DNA of 64,000 bases from Parcubacteria group bacterium LiPW_41 (GTDB taxonomy: Bacteria > Patescibacteriota > Minisyncoccia > UBA6257 > GWB1-50-10), in assembly GCA_007375535.1 (NCBI GenBank), contig VMEM01000004.1, positions 22,545 to 86,544 of the forward strand. Reading direction: 5' to 3'. Positions 1 to 9,869 of this stretch are shown piece after piece (within the stretch, counting starts at the first letter, position 1; every line of letters starts with the position of its first letter). The notes below the pieces were generated by a model. That model was not told where the DNA came from. It did no database searches and saw only the letters and a program-made list of their open reading frames with translations. Position numbers and translations under genes: made by a program.

Positions 1-3
1 TAT

Positions 4-1005
4 ATGAAAAAAATAATAATAACTTCAGTTGTTATTGGATTAGTTTCTTCTTCTGTTGCGTTTGCACAAATGGGGGCGGCAACAAACACTACAGAGGTTA
101 AAATTCCTCCAATACCAACAAATATTCCACTTACAAAACAAATGGAATTAAGAAAGATTCAGGAGGAAGCAAAGATAAAGAGAGAAGAGATAAAAACTCA
201 AGTTGAAGCAACACGAGAAGCAGCGAAGAAAGAATTTGAGGTCACAAGGGAAGCAACAAAAAAGCAGATTGAGGCAACACGAGAGGCTACAAAAAAAGAA
301 GCAGACAATGCTCGTGAGGCGTTCAAGACAGAAAAGGAGCAGATATTGAAGGCGCTTCCAACAAACCCTCAAGAAGCTATAAAAATGCTTCAAGAGAGAA
401 GGGATGTGTTTCAAAAAGAAATAGAAGCAAAGAAAGAATCATTTAAAGCAACAATTGAAGCAAAACGAGAAGAAACAGAAAAGGCGATTACTGCAAAAAA
501 AGAGGAGTTAAAAACAAAACTCAATCAGTTTAAAGATGAGAGGAAGAAACAGGTTACCGAAAAAGTGAATAATAGCCTAAATGAGGTAAATAAGAATTCG
601 GTAAACCGATTTACCAACAACATCAATGAACTCGATAAGGTGGTTGTTCATATCACTACCCGAGCAGAGAAGGCGAGTGTTGCAGGGAAGAATGTGGATT
701 CGGTTATGGCAGCCGTTCAAAATGCAAAAACAGCGATCGAGGTTGCACGAGGTCTTGTTTCCGCACAGGCAGCAAAAATATATTCAGTGACAGTAAGCAC
801 TGAAGTTAAGGTTGCTGACGATCTAAAAAAATCACGAGATCAATTAAATGCTGACTTGAAGGTTATTCAAGAGAAAATAAGGGCAGCACATGATGTGGTT
901 TGGGTTGCACTTGGAGAACTCCAGAAAATTCCAGAAATAAACAAACCAGTTGTTTCTACAACTACACCAAAAGAGTCGCAAGCAGCACCAGTAGTAACAC
1001 AATAA
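4..1005 (+). CDS. secreted coiled-coil repeat protein (signal peptide; EATREA-type repeats)
   Basis: 333-aa ORF with N-terminal signal peptide MKKIIITSVVIGLVSSSVAFA and repeated ...EATREA..KK.. units, charged-helix composition. Confidence 0.55.
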   Translation: MKKIIITSVVIGLVSSSVAFAQMGAATNTTEVKIPPIPTNIPLTKQMELRKIQEEAKIKREEIKTQVEATREAAKKEFEVTREATKKQIEATREATKKEADNAREAFKTEKEQILKALPTNPQEAIKMLQERRDVFQKEIEAKKESFKATIEAKREETEKAITAKKEELKTKLNQFKDERKKQVTEKVNNSLNEVNKNSVNRFTNNINELDKVVVHITTRAEKASVAGKNVDSVMAAVQNAKTAIEVARGLVSAQAAKIYSVTVSTEVKVADDLKKSRDQLNADLKVIQEKIRAAHDVVWVALGELQKIPEINKPVVSTTTPKESQAAPVVTQ

Positions 1006-1009
1006 TTAT

Positions 1010-1303
1010 ATGGAACCAAATACAACACCACAGGTTTCTATGGAAGAAAAAAAGAATGGAAAGATTTGGCTTATCATTCTTGCGTTGGTAATTCTTGTTC
1101 TCATTGTTTTGTTCGCAATGGGCAACACCACCAAAGCACCGGTGAACCAAGAAACAGGGATGACACAAACTGAGCAGACAGCAACGTCAGTTGATGAAGT
1201 TGATAACACTGCATCAATTGAACAGCAATTGAAAAATATTGATATGGGAAGTGTAGAGAGTGATTTAACGGGAATTGATGCGGACGTAAAGTCAGTTCAG
1301 TAA
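1010..1303 (+). CDS. small membrane-anchored hypothetical protein
   Basis: 97-aa ORF with one TM helix (IWLIILALVILVLIVLFAM), immediately downstream of previous gene. Confidence 0.4.
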   Translation: MEPNTTPQVSMEEKKNGKIWLIILALVILVLIVLFAMGNTTKAPVNQETGMTQTEQTATSVDEVDNTASIEQQLKNIDMGSVESDLTGIDADVKSVQ

Positions 1304-1306
1304 TTT

Positions 1307-1340
1307 TAAAAATCCCGCCCCTCATGAAGGGCGGGATTTT
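1307..1340. terminator. bidirectional intrinsic terminator
   Basis: aaaaatcccgccc-ctcatgaa-gggcgggatttt: GC stem flanked by A and T tracts. Confidence 0.6.
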
Positions 1341-1374
1341 GTTATAACGCACACAACATATAATAGATATATTA

Positions 1375-1914
1375 ATGAATACTAATTTTTTTACAGGAGC
1401 TGGGGATGGCGGGAAGGTCATTTTTGGTGGAGAGAAAAAATCAAAAGCAGATCCAGTATTTAATGTATTGGGTTTGTGCGACGAGGTGAATGTGCTCACG
1501 GGATATGCAGCACTCATTGCAAATGAGGAAATAAAACAATATGTATTACGAATTCAAGAGTTACTTTTCATTGCTCAAGCAGAGATTGCTTCAATTATAT
1601 TTGGGGGAGGAACAATAAAAATAAAAGACGAGCACATAAAAGAACTTGAAGAAATGATTGTCTGGTGTGACAAAGAAATCCCTCCGATAAAAAATTTTAT
1701 TGTTCCTGGCGGAAGTGAGGGATCAATTCGAATGGAAATAGCTCGTGTTCGCACGCGTGAATTTGAGCGCGCACTTATTGGAATCGAAAATAATTTTATT
1801 CTTTCAAATGAATTAAAAACATTTGCAAATAGACTTTCAAGTGTCTTTTTTGCATTTGCCCGATATGAAAATAAGAAGAAGGGGATAGAAGAGTCTATTC
1901 CTAAATATAAATAG
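1375..1914 (+). CDS. PduO-type ATP:cob(I)alamin adenosyltransferase
   Basis: N-terminus TGAGDGGKVIFGGEKKSKADPVFNVLGLCDEVNVLTGYA matches the Cob_adeno_trans/MMAB signature (TKTGDxGxTSL.GGxRxxKDD...G.vDEL). Confidence 0.7.
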   Translation: MNTNFFTGAGDGGKVIFGGEKKSKADPVFNVLGLCDEVNVLTGYAALIANEEIKQYVLRIQELLFIAQAEIASIIFGGGTIKIKDEHIKELEEMIVWCDKEIPPIKNFIVPGGSEGSIRMEIARVRTREFERALIGIENNFILSNELKTFANRLSSVFFAFARYENKKKGIEESIPKYK

Positions 1915-1957
1915 TTAACAAATAAAAACAGCGCCCGTAAAACGAGCGCCGAAATAA

Positions 1958-2482
1958 TTACTCCTCCCTTCTTTGATTTTCTAATATATGGAGGAGATGT
2001 GACATAAAAAGGGGATACCCCTCCAGGCGCCAATATTGCTGATTGCTTGGACTTGGTAGCTCAGAGATATTAATAACTTTCCTTCCGATGGTGTCTCCCG
2101 CAGGATTCACTTCGAAGGGATGTTCATCTTCTTCGCAGAGTAGTTCTGCTGTAAAAGTAATTTTAAAGTGAGGTTTTTTGCTTGTCCCCTCAACTTTATA
2201 GTCCACCTGCTCAGGATTTATTTTTACAACCTCTTTTGGATATCCAGTCTCCTGGACTATCTCTCGATACCCACCTTCAATAGGGAGTTCTCCTTTATGA
2301 ACTCCGCCGCCCGGGTTTTCCCAGGAGCGTGGTTTGTTTATCAAGGTTAATCCCTTCCACTTTCTTCCTCCTTTTTCGAGGACAAGACATACTTTTTTTC
2401 TGTCTTTTGTAAAAAGGACAACCTCCGCCGTAACAGAATAACTTCCATCAAGCGGTTTTTTCAAAATTTCTTTTATGTCCAT
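1958..2482 (-). CDS. NUDIX hydrolase
   Basis: Nudix box PGGGVHKGELPIEGGYREIVQETG (GX5EX7REVXEEXG-like). Confidence 0.7.
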   Translation of the reverse strand: MDIKEILKKPLDGSYSVTAEVVLFTKDRKKVCLVLEKGGRKWKGLTLINKPRSWENPGGGVHKGELPIEGGYREIVQETGYPKEVVKINPEQVDYKVEGTSKKPHFKITFTAELLCEEDEHPFEVNPAGDTIGRKVINISELPSPSNQQYWRLEGYPLFMSHLLHILENQRREE

Positions 2483-2582
2483 GACGTGACCTGTATTTTT
2501 AATGAATTAGGTATATATTATCATAAATATACTAATTTGTCAATTTGTTGTGTATTTTGTCAAGTATCGTAATAATGGAGTA

Positions 2583-3809
2583 ATGAAGCGAGTATATCTA
2601 GATTATGCGGCAACAACCCCAGTCAGAAAGGAGGTAATGAAGGCAATGATGCCTTATTTTGGTGTTCATTTTGGAAATCCTGGTTCGCTTCACTCATTTG
2701 GTCAGGATGCAATGTCTGCGATTGATAGTGCTCGCGAGCGAGTTGCTAAGTTATTTGAAGTTGAATTCAGGAATATTATTTTTTGTGGTTCAGCAACTGA
2801 AGCAAACAATCTTGCACTTTGTGGAGTGATAGATTCTTGGAAAGGAAAAGAGAAGCCGCGGGTAATTATTTCGAGCATTGAACACGAGTCGGTATTAGAG
2901 ACCGCACGAGTATTAGAGCGTGAGAAAAAAATTGAACTTGTTTTAGTTGGTGTTGATAAAGAGGGAATTGTTCTCTTAGATGAACTGAAAAAATCATTAA
3001 CCCAAAATACTGCACTTGTTTCGATAATGTATGTGAATAACGAGGTAGGTTCTATTCAACCAATAAAAGAAATTTCTCGTATTATATCTGATTTTAAAGA
3101 TTCATTAAAAATTCGAAATTCGAAATTCGAAATTAATAATTTATATCCTATTTTTCATACTGATGCTGTTCAGGCCTTTTCGTATTTTGATTGTTCTCTT
3201 GATGTCCTTGGTGTTGATCTACTTACTGTTTCTGGACACAAATGTGGAGGTCCTAAAGGTATCGGCATTCTTGTGATCTCAAAAGCAACTTCCGAAAAAG
3301 TCCGAAATTCGAAATTCGAAATTAATAATTTACGATTTTTTTCTCCTGTTATTACCGGTGGTGGTCAGGAATTTAATTTGCGATCAGGAACAGAAAATGT
3401 TCCAACTATAATTGGATGTGTTGAGGCGCTATCAATTGCACAAAAAAATAGAAAAAAAGAATCAGTACGTATTGAACTATTAAGAAGGCGATTCATAAAA
3501 AACTTTTTAAAGGTATTTCCAGAGAGTTTTGTAAATGGAGGGGAAACACATTCGCCACACATCGCAAATATTCAGTTAACAGAAATGAATAGAGAAGAAT
3601 TTCTCACGCATGCGGACCTTCTTGGGGTTGCACTTTCTTCTGGTTCTGCCTGTTCTGCTCGTGCCCATAGCGAATCTCATGTGTTGTCCGCTATGTATGG
3701 AGGGAACGCGACAAAACTAAATGGAATTCGTGCCAGTTTTGGATATAACACAACGTCGAAAGATATTGATAATGCATTTAAATATCTTTCACGAATGGAA
3801 GAAAAATAA
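2583..3809 (+). CDS. cysteine desulfurase (IscS/NifS family, PLP-dependent) with two in-frame repeat insertions
   Basis: YLDYAATTP..., SGHKCGGPKGIG, GGGQE.NLRSGTENVP are class V aminotransferase/cysteine desulfurase motifs; track ORF starts 2550, conserved N-terminus begins at ATG 2583. Confidence 0.85.
   Translation: MKRVYLDYAATTPVRKEVMKAMMPYFGVHFGNPGSLHSFGQDAMSAIDSARERVAKLFEVEFRNIIFCGSATEANNLALCGVIDSWKGKEKPRVIISSIEHESVLETARVLEREKKIELVLVGVDKEGIVLLDELKKSLTQNTALVSIMYVNNEVGSIQPIKEISRIISDFKDSLKIRNSKFEINNLYPIFHTDAVQAFSYFDCSLDVLGVDLLTVSGHKCGGPKGIGILVISKATSEKVRNSKFEINNLRFFSPVITGGGQEFNLRSGTENVPTIIGCVEALSIAQKNRKKESVRIELLRRRFIKNFLKVFPESFVNGGETHSPHIANIQLTEMNREEFLTHADLLGVALSSGSACSARAHSESHVLSAMYGGNATKLNGIRASFGYNTTSKDIDNAFKYLSRMEEK
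3111..3143. repeat. 7-nt-periodic repeat (CGAAATT)x3+AATAATTTA, in-frame insertion 1 in cysteine desulfurase
   Basis: attcgaaattcgaaattcgaaattaataattta encodes ...IRNSKFEINNL... inside a conserved enzyme. Confidence 0.7.
3302..3333. repeat. second copy of the same 30-nt repeat, in-frame insertion 2 in cysteine desulfurase
   Basis: ccgaaattcgaaattcgaaattaataattta encodes ...VRNSKFEINNL...; identical 30-nt core to copy 1. Confidence 0.7.
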
Positions 3810-3832
3810 TTTGAGTTGCGTATAATAAGTGT

Positions 3833-4609
3833 ATGGAACAAAAAGCAAAACAATATGCACTTATTGGCGTAGGTGTTGCCGCACTTATTTTCAGTTTAGC
3901 GGCGTGGGCGTATATCGATGCCTATTCAAAATCGATACAGCCAAGTTCGTTTAGAAGTTTTTCGGTTTCTGGTGAGGGAAAAGTAATCTCAGTGCCCGAT
4001 GTCGCCAAATTTACATTTAGTGTGATCACTCAAGGTGGAAAAAATCTTGGAGAATTACAAAAGAAAAATGTTGGGTTGATGAATGAGGCGATTGCATATG
4101 TAAAAGATCAAGGGGTTGCAGAAAAAGATATTAAAACCGAAGGATTCAATGTTGAGCCACGATATCAGTATTATGCGTGCAGAGAAGGTGCGTGTCCTCC
4201 AGCAGAAATTGTTGGATACACCGTAAGCCAGACAGTTGGGGTAAAAGTTCGTGACTTTGATAAAGCGGGAGATATTCTTTCGGGAGTAGTTTCTCATGGT
4301 GCAAACAATGTTTCGGGTCTCCAATTCACTATCGATGATCCATCAATAGTGATGGCGAAAGCGCGTGAGCAGGCGATACAGAAGGCAAAAGAAAAAGCAG
4401 AGCAGATTGCCGACGCTGGGGGATTCTCGCTTGGACGTTTGCTTGGTATTAGCGAGGGCGGGTATCAACCAATGTATGATAACTATCTTCGTAATGCGAA
4501 AGTAATGAATATGTCTGAGTCATCTGCGGGTGGAGCGCCGGCACCATCAATTGAGGCTGGTTCGCAAGATGTTTCCGTTTCTATTTCGTTGCAGTACGAG
4601 ATTAAATAA
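3833..4609 (+). CDS. SIMPL/DUF541-domain periplasmic protein
   Basis: TM/signal anchor followed by the pattern typical of the 26-kDa periplasmic immunogenic protein family (GEGKV...PD.A.F.FSV). Confidence 0.5.
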   Translation: MEQKAKQYALIGVGVAALIFSLAAWAYIDAYSKSIQPSSFRSFSVSGEGKVISVPDVAKFTFSVITQGGKNLGELQKKNVGLMNEAIAYVKDQGVAEKDIKTEGFNVEPRYQYYACREGACPPAEIVGYTVSQTVGVKVRDFDKAGDILSGVVSHGANNVSGLQFTIDDPSIVMAKAREQAIQKAKEKAEQIADAGGFSLGRLLGISEGGYQPMYDNYLRNAKVMNMSESSAGGAPAPSIEAGSQDVSVSISLQYEIK

Positions 4610-4616
4610 TAAATAT

Positions 4617-4650
4617 CAGACACGAAAAAAATTTCGTGTCTGCCTTTAAT
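4617..4650 (+). terminator. intrinsic terminator
   Basis: cagacacgaaa-aaaatt-tcgtgtctg hairpin plus T-rich tail. Confidence 0.55.
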
Positions 4651-4672
4651 ACTTAATTTTAAAAATAAACCT

Positions 4673-5917
4673 ATGACAAAATATCCAAAAAAAATATTAA
4701 CAATAATTTCAATCATTGCAGTGTTTGTAATTGCGGGATCTGCGGCTGTTATGTATACCAATATTGTGAAAGATGCGGTAGATTTTCGTATTTATAACAG
4801 TGAAAACAAAGAGTCTCCAAAACTCGAATCGACAAGTAAAGAATTATATAAACCTGTTGAGACTTATGAGGATGCAGTAACAAGTGCGGTTGAGATAGCA
4901 TCAAAGTCCGTCGTTGCAATTTCTGCATCGAAAGATGTCCCACTTCTTGAAGATTGTGTTGATGATCCATTTGGTAGCCTTCCTCCGGAATTCAGAGATT
5001 TCTTTGGTGGCGGAATACAGTTCCCTCGGTCTTGTGATAATGGAAAAACGCAAAAGAAGGAAATCGGAGGGGGAAGTGGATTTGTTATTTCTGAGGATGG
5101 TTTAATTCTTACTAACAAGCATGTTATTTATGATGAAAAAGCCGAATATACCGTGTTTATGAATGATGGAAAAAAATATTCTGCAAAAGTTGTTGCAAAA
5201 GATCCAACAAATGATATTGCGGTATTGAAGGTTGATGCGCGTCTTGAGCCTGCAAAATTAGGAAATTCAGATACGGTAAAACTTGGACAGACTGCAATTG
5301 CAATTGGAAATGCGCTTGCTGAATATCGCAACACCGTTTCTGTTGGTGTTATTTCTGGCCTTTCGCGTAATGTAACTGCGGCGGGTGCGGGAGTAGGGGC
5401 GGAAACAATAAATGGAGTCATACAAACTGATGCAGCAATAAATCCAGGAAATTCAGGTGGTCCACTATTGAACTTAAAAGGAGAAGTAATCGGGATTAAT
5501 ACTGCAATTGTGTCTGGCGCACAAAACATCGGATTTGCAATTCCAATTAACCAAGCAAAAAGAGCGATTGAATCAGTAAAGAAGACAGGAAGTATAAAAA
5601 CCCCATATATTGGAGTGAGATATATTATGTTGAATGAAACAATTGCAAAACAGCAAAAACTTTCAGTGTCTGAGGGTGCGTTAATACGTGGAGATGGGAC
5701 TGGTGCCGCAGTGGTAAAGGATGGACCAGCAGATCGTGCGGGAGTTAGAGCTGAAGATATTATTACTGCAATAAATGGAGAGAAGGTAACAAGCACTTCA
5801 ATACTAGGAAGCCTCATTCAAAAATATAGCATTGGTGACACAGTCACTCTGACTATTAAAAGAGGAGACGAAACTCTTCCGCTTCGCGTGACGCTTGTAG
5901 AACGACCACAAGAATAG
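4673..5917 (+). CDS. htrA: HtrA/DegP-family serine protease with C-terminal PDZ domain
   Basis: catalytic-triad contexts TNKHVI, DIAVLKV, GNSGGPL; TM anchor at N-terminus; PDZ-like C-terminus. Confidence 0.85.
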   Translation: MTKYPKKILTIISIIAVFVIAGSAAVMYTNIVKDAVDFRIYNSENKESPKLESTSKELYKPVETYEDAVTSAVEIASKSVVAISASKDVPLLEDCVDDPFGSLPPEFRDFFGGGIQFPRSCDNGKTQKKEIGGGSGFVISEDGLILTNKHVIYDEKAEYTVFMNDGKKYSAKVVAKDPTNDIAVLKVDARLEPAKLGNSDTVKLGQTAIAIGNALAEYRNTVSVGVISGLSRNVTAAGAGVGAETINGVIQTDAAINPGNSGGPLLNLKGEVIGINTAIVSGAQNIGFAIPINQAKRAIESVKKTGSIKTPYIGVRYIMLNETIAKQQKLSVSEGALIRGDGTGAAVVKDGPADRAGVRAEDIITAINGEKVTSTSILGSLIQKYSIGDTVTLTIKRGDETLPLRVTLVERPQE

Positions 5918-6034
5918 GGGGGTGGTAGTTAGGATGTAGGGATTAGCACTCGTATGTTGAGCTTGCTAATGGATTTATGATACAGTAGTATAGAAGTAAA
6001 TTATTTCTTTTAAGTAGGAAATAAGTTGTATTCC

Positions 6035-6070
6035 ATTCGAAATTAATAATTCGAAATTCAAAATTATTCT
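6035..6070. repeat. related 7-nt-periodic repeat (CGAAATT/AATAATT/CGAAATT/CAAAATT) immediately upstream of clpB start
   Basis: attcgaaattaataattcgaaattcaaaattattc, same heptamer family as the iscS-internal copies. Confidence 0.6.
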
Positions 6071-6072
6071 TT

Positions 6073-8745
6073 ATGCCTCAATTCAATAAATTTACTATTA
6101 AAACACAAGAAGCATTACAAAGCGCTCAGGATATGGCGATGCGAGAAAACCATGGGGAGTTAAAAGGGCTCCATGTGTTACTTATGTTGTTAGATGACGA
6201 ATCAACACTTGTTCGTCCTATTCTTGTTCGTGCAAATGTAAATGTTGGTGGATTGATTTCCCGCGTTGAAGATGCGGTACTTCATTTACCAAAAATATTT
6301 CAAGGAATTGGAAATACTGGACAAATGTATTTGTCTCCAGAGCTTGTTCGAATTTTAGATAGATCAGGAGAGATTGCTCGAGCTGAGCAAGATGATTTTA
6401 TTTCATGTGAACACGTGTTGCTTGCAATTGCAGATTTCCCTTCGGTTGCACAGGAATTACTTTCACAATTTGGTGTAAGAAAAGAAGCACTTCTTAAGGC
6501 GTTTCATGAGGTGCGTGGATCAATGCGAGTAACTGACGAGACCCCTGAAAATAAATTTCAAACATTGGAAAAATATGCGATTAACATCACCGAAAAAGCT
6601 CGCGCAGGAAAATTGGATCCAGTAATTGGGAGAGAAGAGGAGTTGCGTCGTTTGATGCAGATTCTTTCTCGTCGAACAAAAAATAATCCAGTGCTTATTG
6701 GAGAACCTGGTGTGGGAAAGACGGCAATTGTTGAGGGACTCGCGCAGCGTATTGTTTCAAATGATGTTCCTGAACCACTCAAAAATAAAGAGGTGGTAAT
6801 GCTTGATTTGGGTTCACTTATTGCGGGGACAAAGTTTCGTGGAGAGTTTGAGGATCGTCTCAAGGCTTTTTTGAAGGAGGTACAAAGCGCCGAGGGAAAA
6901 ATTTTGTTGTTTATCGACGAGATTCATATGATTGTGGGTGCAGGAGCGGCAGAAGGTGCGATTGATGCGTCAAATTTGTTGAAGCCAGCACTTGCACGCG
7001 GTGAGCTCCACGCAATTGGAGCAACAACACTCAAAGAATATCAAAAACATATCGAAAAAGATGCGGCGCTCGAACGAAGATTTCAGCCAATTGTAGTTGA
7101 TGAGCCATCAATTGATGATTCGATTTCTATTTTAAGGGGATTGAAAGAAAAATATGAAATGCATCATGGACTTAAAATTTCTGATGAAGCAATTGTTTCA
7201 GCGGTAAATCTTTCTGCTCGATATATTACCGATCGTTTCCTTCCTGATAAGGCGGTAGATTTGATTGATGAGGCTTCAGCAGCTCGTCGACTTGAGTCAG
7301 AGAGTATGCCAACAGAGCTTGATAAAATCAGGCGCGAGATTACACGACTTGAGATTGAAAAATCAGCACTCGTGAGCGAGCGGACATCAAAAAAGGCAAC
7401 CGACAGGATGAAAGAGGTAGAGAATGAGCTGCAGGAACTCAAGAAAAAAAATGATGAGATATCTGGTCAGTGGCACAATGAAAAAGTAACATTTGAGAAG
7501 TTTCACACATTGAGAAAAAAAATGGATGACCTTCGTCGCGAAGCAGAAATTGCTGAACGTGAGGGAAATTTTGATCGTGTAGCAAAAATTACTTATGGGG
7601 AGCTTCCAATTGCAGAAAAAGAGTATAAGGCATTTGAAAAAAAATACTTTTTGATTGAGGAAAAAGGTGGAAAGAAAAAAACAAAGAAAGGTTCTGAGCC
7701 ACATCGGTTTATTAAAGAAACAATTGATGAACAAGACATTGCGGGTGTTGTTTCTCGTTGGACGGGAATTCCTGTTTCAAAAATGTTGGAGTCTGAGATG
7801 AATAAGCTTTCTCGACTTGATGAAGAATTAATGAAGAGGGTGGTAGGACAGAAAGAGGCAATTTCTGCTGTTGCTCGCGCACTTCGAAGATCGCGTGCGG
7901 GGCTTTCCGATGAGGATAGGCCAATGGGGTCGTTTATCTTCCTTGGTCCAACTGGCGTTGGAAAAACAGAGCTTGCAAAGACGCTTGCAGAATTTATGTT
8001 CAACGACGAAAAGGCACTCGTGCGTGTTGATATGTCGGAATACACTGAGCGTCATGCAGTTGCTCGTCTCATTGGCTCTCCTCCGGGATATGTGGGACAC
8101 GAAGAGGGGGGACAACTTACGCAAATCGTTCGTCACCGACCATATAGTTTGATTTTGTTTGATGAAATTGAAAAAGCACATCCTGAAGTATTTAATATAT
8201 TACTTCAAGTACTCGACAATGGACGACTCACCGACGGGAAGGGGAAGACGGTGAATTTTAGAAACACTGTCATCATCCTTACTTCAAATGTTGGGAGCGC
8301 CTATTTTAAGGAACTTTCGCGTTTGGGATTTGGAACAAACGAAAAAGAAAAAGCAGTCCGCGAGCAAGAAGAACAGTTCCGAGAAGGAGTTCAAGAAGCG
8401 CTCAAAGAAACGTTTCGTCCTGAGTTTTTAAATCGTTTGGATGAGGTGGTGATATTTAATTCACTCAAGAAAGAAGCAATAGAAGAGATTATCGATATTC
8501 AACTTGCACGCGTCGCAGAACGTCTCAAAATAAAAAATATAAGTATTGTGGTGAAGCCAGCTATTAAGGCATACTTAAGTGAAGAGGGATTTGATCCCGA
8601 TTATGGCGCGCGCCCTATCAAACGGTTAATTGAGAAGGTGATTGTTGACGCGCTTGCAGATAAAATCATTCGTGGCGAAGTTAATGAAGGTCAAAAACTT
8701 ACTATCTCGCTTTCAAAAGATCGTAGAGTGGTCATTAGTCGCTAA
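6073..8745 (+). CDS. clpB: ATP-dependent chaperone ClpB
   Basis: 890 aa; Clp N domain, two AAA+ modules ([18 protein letters not shown]; [16 protein letters not shown]), long middle coiled-coil, sensor motifs. Confidence 0.95.
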   Translation: MPQFNKFTIKTQEALQSAQDMAMRENHGELKGLHVLLMLLDDESTLVRPILVRANVNVGGLISRVEDAVLHLPKIFQGIGNTGQMYLSPELVRILDRSGEIARAEQDDFISCEHVLLAIADFPSVAQELLSQFGVRKEALLKAFHEVRGSMRVTDETPENKFQTLEKYAINITEKARAGKLDPVIGREEELRRLMQILSRRTKNNPVLIGEPGVGKTAIVEGLAQRIVSNDVPEPLKNKEVVMLDLGSLIAGTKFRGEFEDRLKAFLKEVQSAEGKILLFIDEIHMIVGAGAAEGAIDASNLLKPALARGELHAIGATTLKEYQKHIEKDAALERRFQPIVVDEPSIDDSISILRGLKEKYEMHHGLKISDEAIVSAVNLSARYITDRFLPDKAVDLIDEASAARRLESESMPTELDKIRREITRLEIEKSALVSERTSKKATDRMKEVENELQELKKKNDEISGQWHNEKVTFEKFHTLRKKMDDLRREAEIAEREGNFDRVAKITYGELPIAEKEYKAFEKKYFLIEEKGGKKKTKKGSEPHRFIKETIDEQDIAGVVSRWTGIPVSKMLESEMNKLSRLDEELMKRVVGQKEAISAVARALRRSRAGLSDEDRPMGSFIFLGPTGVGKTELAKTLAEFMFNDEKALVRVDMSEYTERHAVARLIGSPPGYVGHEEGGQLTQIVRHRPYSLILFDEIEKAHPEVFNILLQVLDNGRLTDGKGKTVNFRNTVIILTSNVGSAYFKELSRLGFGTNEKEKAVREQEEQFREGVQEALKETFRPEFLNRLDEVVIFNSLKKEAIEEIIDIQLARVAERLKIKNISIVVKPAIKAYLSEEGFDPDYGARPIKRLIEKVIVDALADKIIRGEVNEGQKLTISLSKDRRVVISR

Positions 8746-9418
8746 GTGCGCGGCTTTTGTTGGGTTGGTATTGTATGCCTCGTTATATGGAGGTTTTTTG
8801 AGGTGGGTGATTTTGGTTTTTTATGCATTTTGGTTTTTTTATAACGAGGGGAGCGAGAGAAAATCATACAAATATTCATATATTTTGTATTTAGTGCTCA
8901 TCTTCTTGTATGGGACACACTTGCAAGAGTCTTTGTTTGCGGCTTTTATATTCTTTATTTGTGTACTCCTTCTTTTGAGTGTTTGGATTGGTTTTACTCG
9001 ATTTGTTTTTAGGGAGAAGGAAAGAACGATGGATATATATCATTCTGTTCTTTCATTTTTCACAATCATGTTTGCCCTTCTGTTTCCTGGAATGTTGTCA
9101 GCATTGTTTGCTGGGGTAGGGGTTGGAATTCTCCTTTTTGAGCATCTCAATGTATATGCATTTTCATGGAAATCGAGGATGGTGCTTGTAAGTGTTGCAT
9201 TGGGCTTGTTTGTTTGTGAGTTATTGCTAGTCACAAAAATGCTCTCACTTCATGTTGTCGCCCTTACTGGCGTACTAACTCTTATTGTCTTGGTAATAAA
9301 AAATCTTATAGTTGCACATTTTTCTGGGACCCTTTCACGGGAATATTTATTCCAAAATATAATAATTTTTGTCTTACTTTGTATTCTCCTTTTCGCTACT
9401 GGGAGGTGGGTGATATAG
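8642..9418 (+). CDS. polytopic membrane protein of unknown function (start probably TTG near 8765)
   Basis: ORF overlaps the clpB 3' end in another frame; multiple hydrophobic helices; no internal ATG until aa 130, so an alternative start is likely. Confidence 0.4.
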   Translation: MLTRLQIKSFVAKLMKVKNLLSRFQKIVEWSLVAKCAAFVGLVLYASLYGGFLRWVILVFYAFWFFYNEGSERKSYKYSYILYLVLIFLYGTHLQESLFAAFIFFICVLLLLSVWIGFTRFVFREKERTMDIYHSVLSFFTIMFALLFPGMLSALFAGVGVGILLFEHLNVYAFSWKSRMVLVSVALGLFVCELLLVTKMLSLHVVALTGVLTLIVLVIKNLIVAHFSGTLSREYLFQNIIIFVLLCILLFATGRWVI

Positions 9419-9495
9419 GTGTAACATTTCTTTTGGTGTGTCGTTCTATTTATAGAACCGAAAAAGAGGGGAAAACTAGTAAAATAGGGCAAACC

Positions 9496-9523
9496 TTGAA
9501 AATCGGTCTTGAAAAGGTATAAT
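9496..9523 (+). promoter_or_regulatory. sigma70-like promoter TTGAAA-16-TATAAT driving the surface-protein gene via a ~340-nt leader
   Basis: ttgaaa atcggtcttgaaaagg tataat, with near-consensus -35/-10 and 16-nt spacer. Confidence 0.4.
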
Positions 9524-9869
9524 CGGTATATTCCCACTTGGGAGCTTGGTGTGAGGCCTCGCAACCAAAAAGGAGCAAAAAGATGCTTGTATAAAGGAAG
9601 TTTTGCACATTTCTTTATACAAGCGTCGTTTATGCACTTTTTGCTATCTCACTCCAACAGAGTGAGAATTTTTATTTACCACCAATCCACTGTTTCTCTT
9701 TCGCTTCTTTTATTGCTCCGGATCCTCACTTCATGGAGTCGCAACAAAAGGTCCGAAAGCTAGGAGAATAGTGTTCTGACACAACAGAAAGGTCGAGTTC
9801 GCCTCGCGCATTCTTAAGGGGCGCGGGAATACGAACAAAATTATCCCAAAAGAAAAAAACAAAAAATAA

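Noticed and set aside
148-414. 88-aa minus-strand ORF inside the coiled-coil protein gene
   Set aside because: It is antisense to a repeat-rich coding region, has low-complexity CF-rich translation and no start context. It is an artefact of the repetitive sense strand.
5128-5817. 229-aa minus-strand ORF antisense to htrA
   Set aside because: It is fully contained in the well-supported HtrA gene, with no motif and typical antisense composition.
3101-6070. the CGAAATT heptamer arrays as a CRISPR array
   Set aside because: The units are 7 nt with no unique spacers, and two copies are inside a protein-coding gene. No cas genes are present.
6558-8181. several 90-150-aa minus-strand ORFs inside clpB
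   Set aside because: They are antisense to a highly conserved gene, which gives Ser/Phe-rich shadow ORFs.
9509-9763. 84-aa ORF in the leader region upstream of the surface-protein gene
   Set aside because: It runs through the predicted hairpins, has Leu-rich low-complexity translation and no conservation cues. The region is more plausibly a structured 5' UTR.
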